The notes under the pieces: model-generated
Told to the model about the DNA's origin: nothing
The model's input: only the letters and a program-made list of their open reading frames with translations
Databases searched by the model: none
Origin: Candidatus Yanofskybacteria bacterium
GTDB lineage: Bacteria > Patescibacteriota > Minisyncoccia > 2-02-FULL-40-12 > GWA2-44-9
Assembly: GCA_023245235.1 (NCBI GenBank)
Contig: JAHFKT010000004.1
Span: forward strand, 1 to 52,307
Direction of reading: 5' to 3'
Length of the DNA stretch: 52,307 nucleotides
In this document: one piece after another, positions 48,631-52,307 of the stretch
Numbering within the stretch: the stretch's first letter is position 1
How the letters are laid out: the number at the start of each line of letters is the position of its first letter
Position numbers and translations under genes: made by a program

Positions 48631-50100
48631 TCATCTCTCGTATGATTCTTTTCTGGCACCCGGAGCCAGGCGGACAAAGTATTCGAAGGGTTTCTCGCTG
48701 ATCTTCCGATGGGCGGCCAGAAGCGTCTCCTCTCCGGCATAGCTGATAGCTGAACAGAGGTGCTCGTGGATGCGCTTGATGACTTTCCGGACCGGCCCGC
48801 GAAGCGGAACGGCCTCCTGGCGGCCCTCTGATGCCTGACCTTCTTCGAGCATCTCCTGGGCATTGTCGGGATCCGACTGGGCAAGCAACGCTTGGGGCGA
48901 GGTCATGCCCCGGTATTCCTTCATCGGCTGTTTGGTTACGGGATGCGGAATCTCGACTCCCGGCGCTTCATCCGTTCCGGCAAGCATGCCGCCGACCATG
49001 ACTGTCGACGCCCCGGCCATAATGGCAAGGACGATGTGTCCGTCATGCTTTAAGCCGCCATCAGCGATAAGCGGCAAGCGACCCCGCACTGCGGCCTGAG
49101 CTTCAAAGATGGCCTGAAGCTGTGGAACCCCGAAAGAGGTTTCCAGGCGGGTCATACATCCGAATCCGGGTCCGACACCGATCTTGATGGCGTCGACACC
49201 GAGCTCCATCAGAAATTTTGCTCCTTCGTACGTGGCGATATTGCCTCCGACCAAGGGGAAGTCTCCGAACTTCAGACGGAATTCCCTGACCACGCGCTCC
49301 AGCATTGTCGAATGGCCATGGGCGATGTCGACCACAATGAAGTCAACACCGGCGGCCACCAGGGCTTCAGCCCGTTCAAGAGGGTTCTTGCTGGCAGCCC
49401 ATTTGTCTTTAGGGGCCGAACCGATGGCGGCGCCGACCACCAGCCGGCCCTTCGCATCACGGGAAGCGTAGGGATGGCTTTTCACGAATTGGATATCGCC
49501 TTTCGTGATCAATCCGCGGACCTCGCCGTTAACAAGAAGGGGCAGTTTCTCGATCCTTCGTTCATACATGAGCCGTTCGGCATCGGCCATCGAAATATCC
49601 GGTTCGGCCCACACGAGACGATCAAAGGGGGTCATGAATTCTTTGACCGCCACATCATCGGAAGCTTCGGGCATGTCACGCCGCGAAAGAGTGCCGACCA
49701 GAATTTTTTCGTGCTGTACGACCAAAAGGCCGCTCACCTTGTGCCGCGCCATCGTCTGGCGGGCTTCCCGGACCGTTGCAGAACCGTCAATAACGATCGG
49801 GTGTTCAATGATGTGAGAATGCTGACGTTTCACGGCACCGAGCCATTCAACCTGTTTTTCAACGGAACAATGCCGGTGCAGAACCGCTACGCCGCCTTCA
49901 TGCGCCATTGCTATGGCCGTGCGGTCTTCGGTTACGGTATCCATATTCGCCGCGATGATCGGAACCTTGATATTGAGCTGTCTGGTCAACGGCATCTCCG
50001 TCAGAATACGGGCGGGGTCGCGACGACTGGCCAGAGCGCCCTTTTGGGGCCTCAGGATGACATCGTCAAACGTGCACCCTTCAAGTTTTGTGGGCAGCAT
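48631..50100 (-). CDS. IMPDH/GMP reductase family protein with CBS pair (possibly GMP reductase)
   Basis: TFDDV, PIIAANMDTVTE, CBS pair, DIAHGHS, KIGVGPGFGCMTR, IADGG, YRGM. No Arg-Tyr dyad in the flap. Confidence 0.88.
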   Translation of the reverse strand: MLPTKLEGCTFDDVILRPQKGALASRRDPARILTEMPLTRQLNIKVPIIAANMDTVTEDRTAIAMAHEGGVAVLHRHCSVEKQVEWLGAVKRQHSHIIEHPIVIDGSATVREARQTMARHKVSGLLVVQHEKILVGTLSRRDMPEASDDVAVKEFMTPFDRLVWAEPDISMADAERLMYERRIEKLPLLVNGEVRGLITKGDIQFVKSHPYASRDAKGRLVVGAAIGSAPKDKWAASKNPLERAEALVAAGVDFIVVDIAHGHSTMLERVVREFRLKFGDFPLVGGNIATYEGAKFLMELGVDAIKIGVGPGFGCMTRLETSFGVPQLQAIFEAQAAVRGRLPLIADGGLKHDGHIVLAIMAGASTVMVGGMLAGTDEAPGVEIPHPVTKQPMKEYRGMTSPQALLAQSDPDNAQEMLEEGQASEGRQEAVPLRGPVRKVIKRIHEHLCSAISYAGEETLLAAHRKISEKPFEYFVRLAPGARKESYER

Positions 50101-50174
50101 GTTGTGAAGGTACGGGCTATGTATATCAAAATTCAGGGAACAAAAAAAGCCCTTCCGGGCCCGGTGATACACGG

Positions 50175-50708
50175 TCAGTCCTGGTAGACCAATCCCCCGC
50201 GCCAGCCGTTCAGAAATTCTTCCCGGGTGAGGAAATAGTTATGACCGCGGAAGCGCGGGTCGGAATCCTGGATATAGTAGCCGATGGTCTTGTTCCTGAA
50301 TTTTTGAAGGCCGTTGATGACGACCATGTGGCCGGCCTTTGCCGGATTCAGTTCATGGAAGACCGAAACGATGACCGGATGGCGGTTTTCGAGATTTTTG
50401 TTGATGATGGCGAGGCCCGATTCCTTTTCTTCCCGCGTGTAGAAAAATTTTGCAGCATGGTGAAGGGTCAGACCGTATTCGCCGGCCAGGGCAACCAGGG
50501 CCGCATGCTTCCAGCCGATATTCTCGAGATATCCGTCCCGGGCCACCGCTTCATGGACCAGATCCATGACCGACCGGCTGAATTTCGGGTCGTGCAACTT
50601 CAGAAGTATCCATAACGAACAGATGGCGCATATCCGGTGCGCCCATTCTTTTTCATGAGCATCGTCAAACTGATTGCAGACCGGCAGATCTATATGTATC
50701 TCTTGCAT
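50175..50708 (-). CDS. Peptidase C39-like papain-fold protein
   Basis: Q...RICAICSL (Cys), GHMVVING (His), IQDSD (Asp). Confidence 0.7.
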   Translation of the reverse strand: MQEIHIDLPVCNQFDDAHEKEWAHRICAICSLWILLKLHDPKFSRSVMDLVHEAVARDGYLENIGWKHAALVALAGEYGLTLHHAAKFFYTREEKESGLAIINKNLENRHPVIVSVFHELNPAKAGHMVVINGLQKFRNKTIGYYIQDSDPRFRGHNYFLTREEFLNGWRGGLVYQD

Positions 50709-50722
50709 TACGAAGAAGGGTT

Positions 50723-51196
50723 TTAATCGTTATCGAGCTCCGGGTGCCAGAGGATCTTCTCGACCTTGCGGGTGTTGTTGTATGTTACGTGATGCTTCCA
50801 CGGAAAACCTGTTCCCTGGGAATCGTTGCTGATGGCCTGATCCGCACCTACAAAAAAACCCATGTGCTCATGCTCCTGCTTTTCCCAGATCAATACCGCG
50901 CCGGGCCTCAATTCATTGATCTGGAACCAACCGCTGCTAAGCATGTCTTTTTCGGTGCTCGTAACATTGGCATGAGTGAATGCGATCCAGTGTGCTTTCT
51001 TCAGAAATTCCAGCAGAGAGTTGTGCAGATACAAAATTGAGGATGCGAAAACGGCACACGACAATCCCCCGTCCTCCAGCGCATCTTTCTCTATGCCATC
51101 TTGGATAATATAAAAATTCCTGAACATCCAGTTCTTGTCTTTGGCCGCATTCTCGATCATGGACAGATAATTTTTCTTGAATCGATGCCGGATCAT
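50723..51196 (-). CDS. Putative NlpC/P60- or CHAP-like Cys-His hydrolase
   Basis: LSCAVFASSIL, LRPGAVLIW and HMGFFVG pattern. Promoter TTGACC-17-TACAAT upstream. Confidence 0.55.
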   Translation of the reverse strand: MIRHRFKKNYLSMIENAAKDKNWMFRNFYIIQDGIEKDALEDGGLSCAVFASSILYLHNSLLEFLKKAHWIAFTHANVTSTEKDMLSSGWFQINELRPGAVLIWEKQEHEHMGFFVGADQAISNDSQGTGFPWKHHVTYNNTRKVEKILWHPELDND

Positions 51197-51275
51197 GATG
51201 CAAAAATTGTACGTAAAAATGCCCCTAAGGTCAAATGAAAACCCGGGTCATTTTGAGCCGTCGTTTCGGTCAATG

Positions 51276-52307
51276 CTATTGAGGGACCAGGCCCGATGTG
51301 GAGCCGTAGAAGAGTTGCGAGAAAGCCGACCGGAATGAATCAAGTCCGAGCCTGCCGAGACGTGAGACGATAAATGACGCCGAGGACCATAAAGAATGTC
51401 CGAGACTGACCGGCGCCACCTCTTTGATCTGCGGGATGGGCTTCTGGACATTGATACCCGGATCATTATTCTTACTGCACGTCTGACCGGCGGCATCGGT
51501 CGCGGTCAGATCAACTATATAATTCCCCTGGGCCAGGTATGTATGCTGCGGATTCTGCTGGGTCGAACTGCCGCCGTCACCGAAGTCCCAGCTCCATGTA
51601 CGTGCGCCCGGACTGCCGCCGCCGAAGACGGTCTGGTCGGTAAACGGAACCTGGACATTGATTTGGGGAGAATGCGGAGTCCAGGTAAAATCCACCTGCG
51701 GGTACGCATAGGGCGGGGTGGTCCAGGAGTTGGAGTTGGCCCAGCTTGAGACACCGCCATAGACATTCCAGACTCTGACCCGGGCCTGATAGGTCGTATT
51801 GAACTGGAGAATGCCGTTCGGAATGGCGAATGAGGTCGAGTTTGAGTTGATCTGGCCGGAATCGTAAACCGGACTTGCGAAATTGCCGTTGGGGGCGACT
51901 TGGACCTGATAGGAGGCCTGGGGGCTGCCAAGTCCTGCACCGCTATCGAAGGTCCAGGTTATCGTGCCATTGGGACCTGCCGAACAGTAATCCGGATTGG
52001 TGCTCTCCGTCACATTCGAAGCCGTCGGGATGGGCGGACTGACGGTGACGAATGAGGTGGCCTGAGTGGAACCGTTGCCGGAGCAGGTAATGCTGTAGGC
52101 GTATGTCTTGGGAACACTAAGGTTGCCGGTCTGTTGGCTGCCGGGGACGTTCGGGGTCACACTGCCCGACCAGTCACCTGACTTGGTGCATGATGCGGCA
52201 TTACTGGAGGACCAGGTCAGATTGACATTGCTGTTCCAGGGCACGGTGATGGACCCGCCGGAACCGTTGGCCTGGATGGTTACTGACGGGGCTGAGACCG
52301 TGACGGT
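51276..52307 (-). CDS. Large Ser/Thr/Gly-rich surface protein with Ig/Fn3 and PKD domains (5'-truncated by the window)
   Basis: Frame stays open to the window end. LTWSSSNAASC repeat, Fn3-like YQARVRVWN, PKD WSWDFGDG..S..QNPQHTY. Confidence 0.85.
   Translation of the reverse strand, partial: TVTVSAPSVTIQANGSGGSITVPWNSNVNLTWSSSNAASCTKSGDWSGSVTPNVPGSQQTGNLSVPKTYAYSITCSGNGSTQATSFVTVSPPIPTASNVTESTNPDYCSAGPNGTITWTFDSGAGLGSPQASYQVQVAPNGNFASPVYDSGQINSNSTSFAIPNGILQFNTTYQARVRVWNVYGGVSSWANSNSWTTPPYAYPQVDFTWTPHSPQINVQVPFTDQTVFGGGSPGARTWSWDFGDGGSSTQQNPQHTYLAQGNYIVDLTATDAAGQTCSKNNDPGINVQKPIPQIKEVAPVSLGHSLWSSASFIVSRLGRLGLDSFRSAFSQLFYGSTSGLVPQ

Noticed and set aside
49312..50187. 291-aa plus-strand ORF
   Set aside because: Antisense shadow of the IMPDH/GMPR gene.

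Overview
Bacterial chromosomal window (standard code, TGA read as stop). The dense operons, short or absent 5' leaders, lack of Shine-Dalgarno motifs, DUF4012 and PKD surface proteins and rplK without rplA suggest a Patescibacteria (CPR, Parcubacteria-like) genome; this is inference. It holds about 55 CDS: translation (lepA, rpsP, rpmF, rplK, thrS, gatB, miaA, tsaC, a single-chain PheRS), replication and transcription (dnaE, gyrB, topA, parAB, nusB, nusG, rnc, rnhA, dprA), glycolysis (pgk, tpiA), a surface-polysaccharide locus, lipid-carrier recycling genes and scattered nucleotide-metabolism genes. RNA genes are RNase P RNA, tRNA-Leu(CAA) and tRNA-Asp(GTC). No CRISPR array, prophage, integrase or transposase was seen. 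Most notable: a mitochondrial-type monomeric PheRS; an atypical HipA/PI4K-like kinase with a translationally coupled partner between gyrB and secE; a CBS-domain 'GuaB' that looks like a GMP reductase; a plant-type NDP-rhamnose epimerase/reductase; an RNase P RNA with a possible kissing loop; a structured leader on rpmF-nusB-rnc; a tRNA-derived hairpin element beside tRNA-Asp; and a shared TTnACA motif before several stand-alone genes. All calls come from motif recognition by eye; no searches were run.
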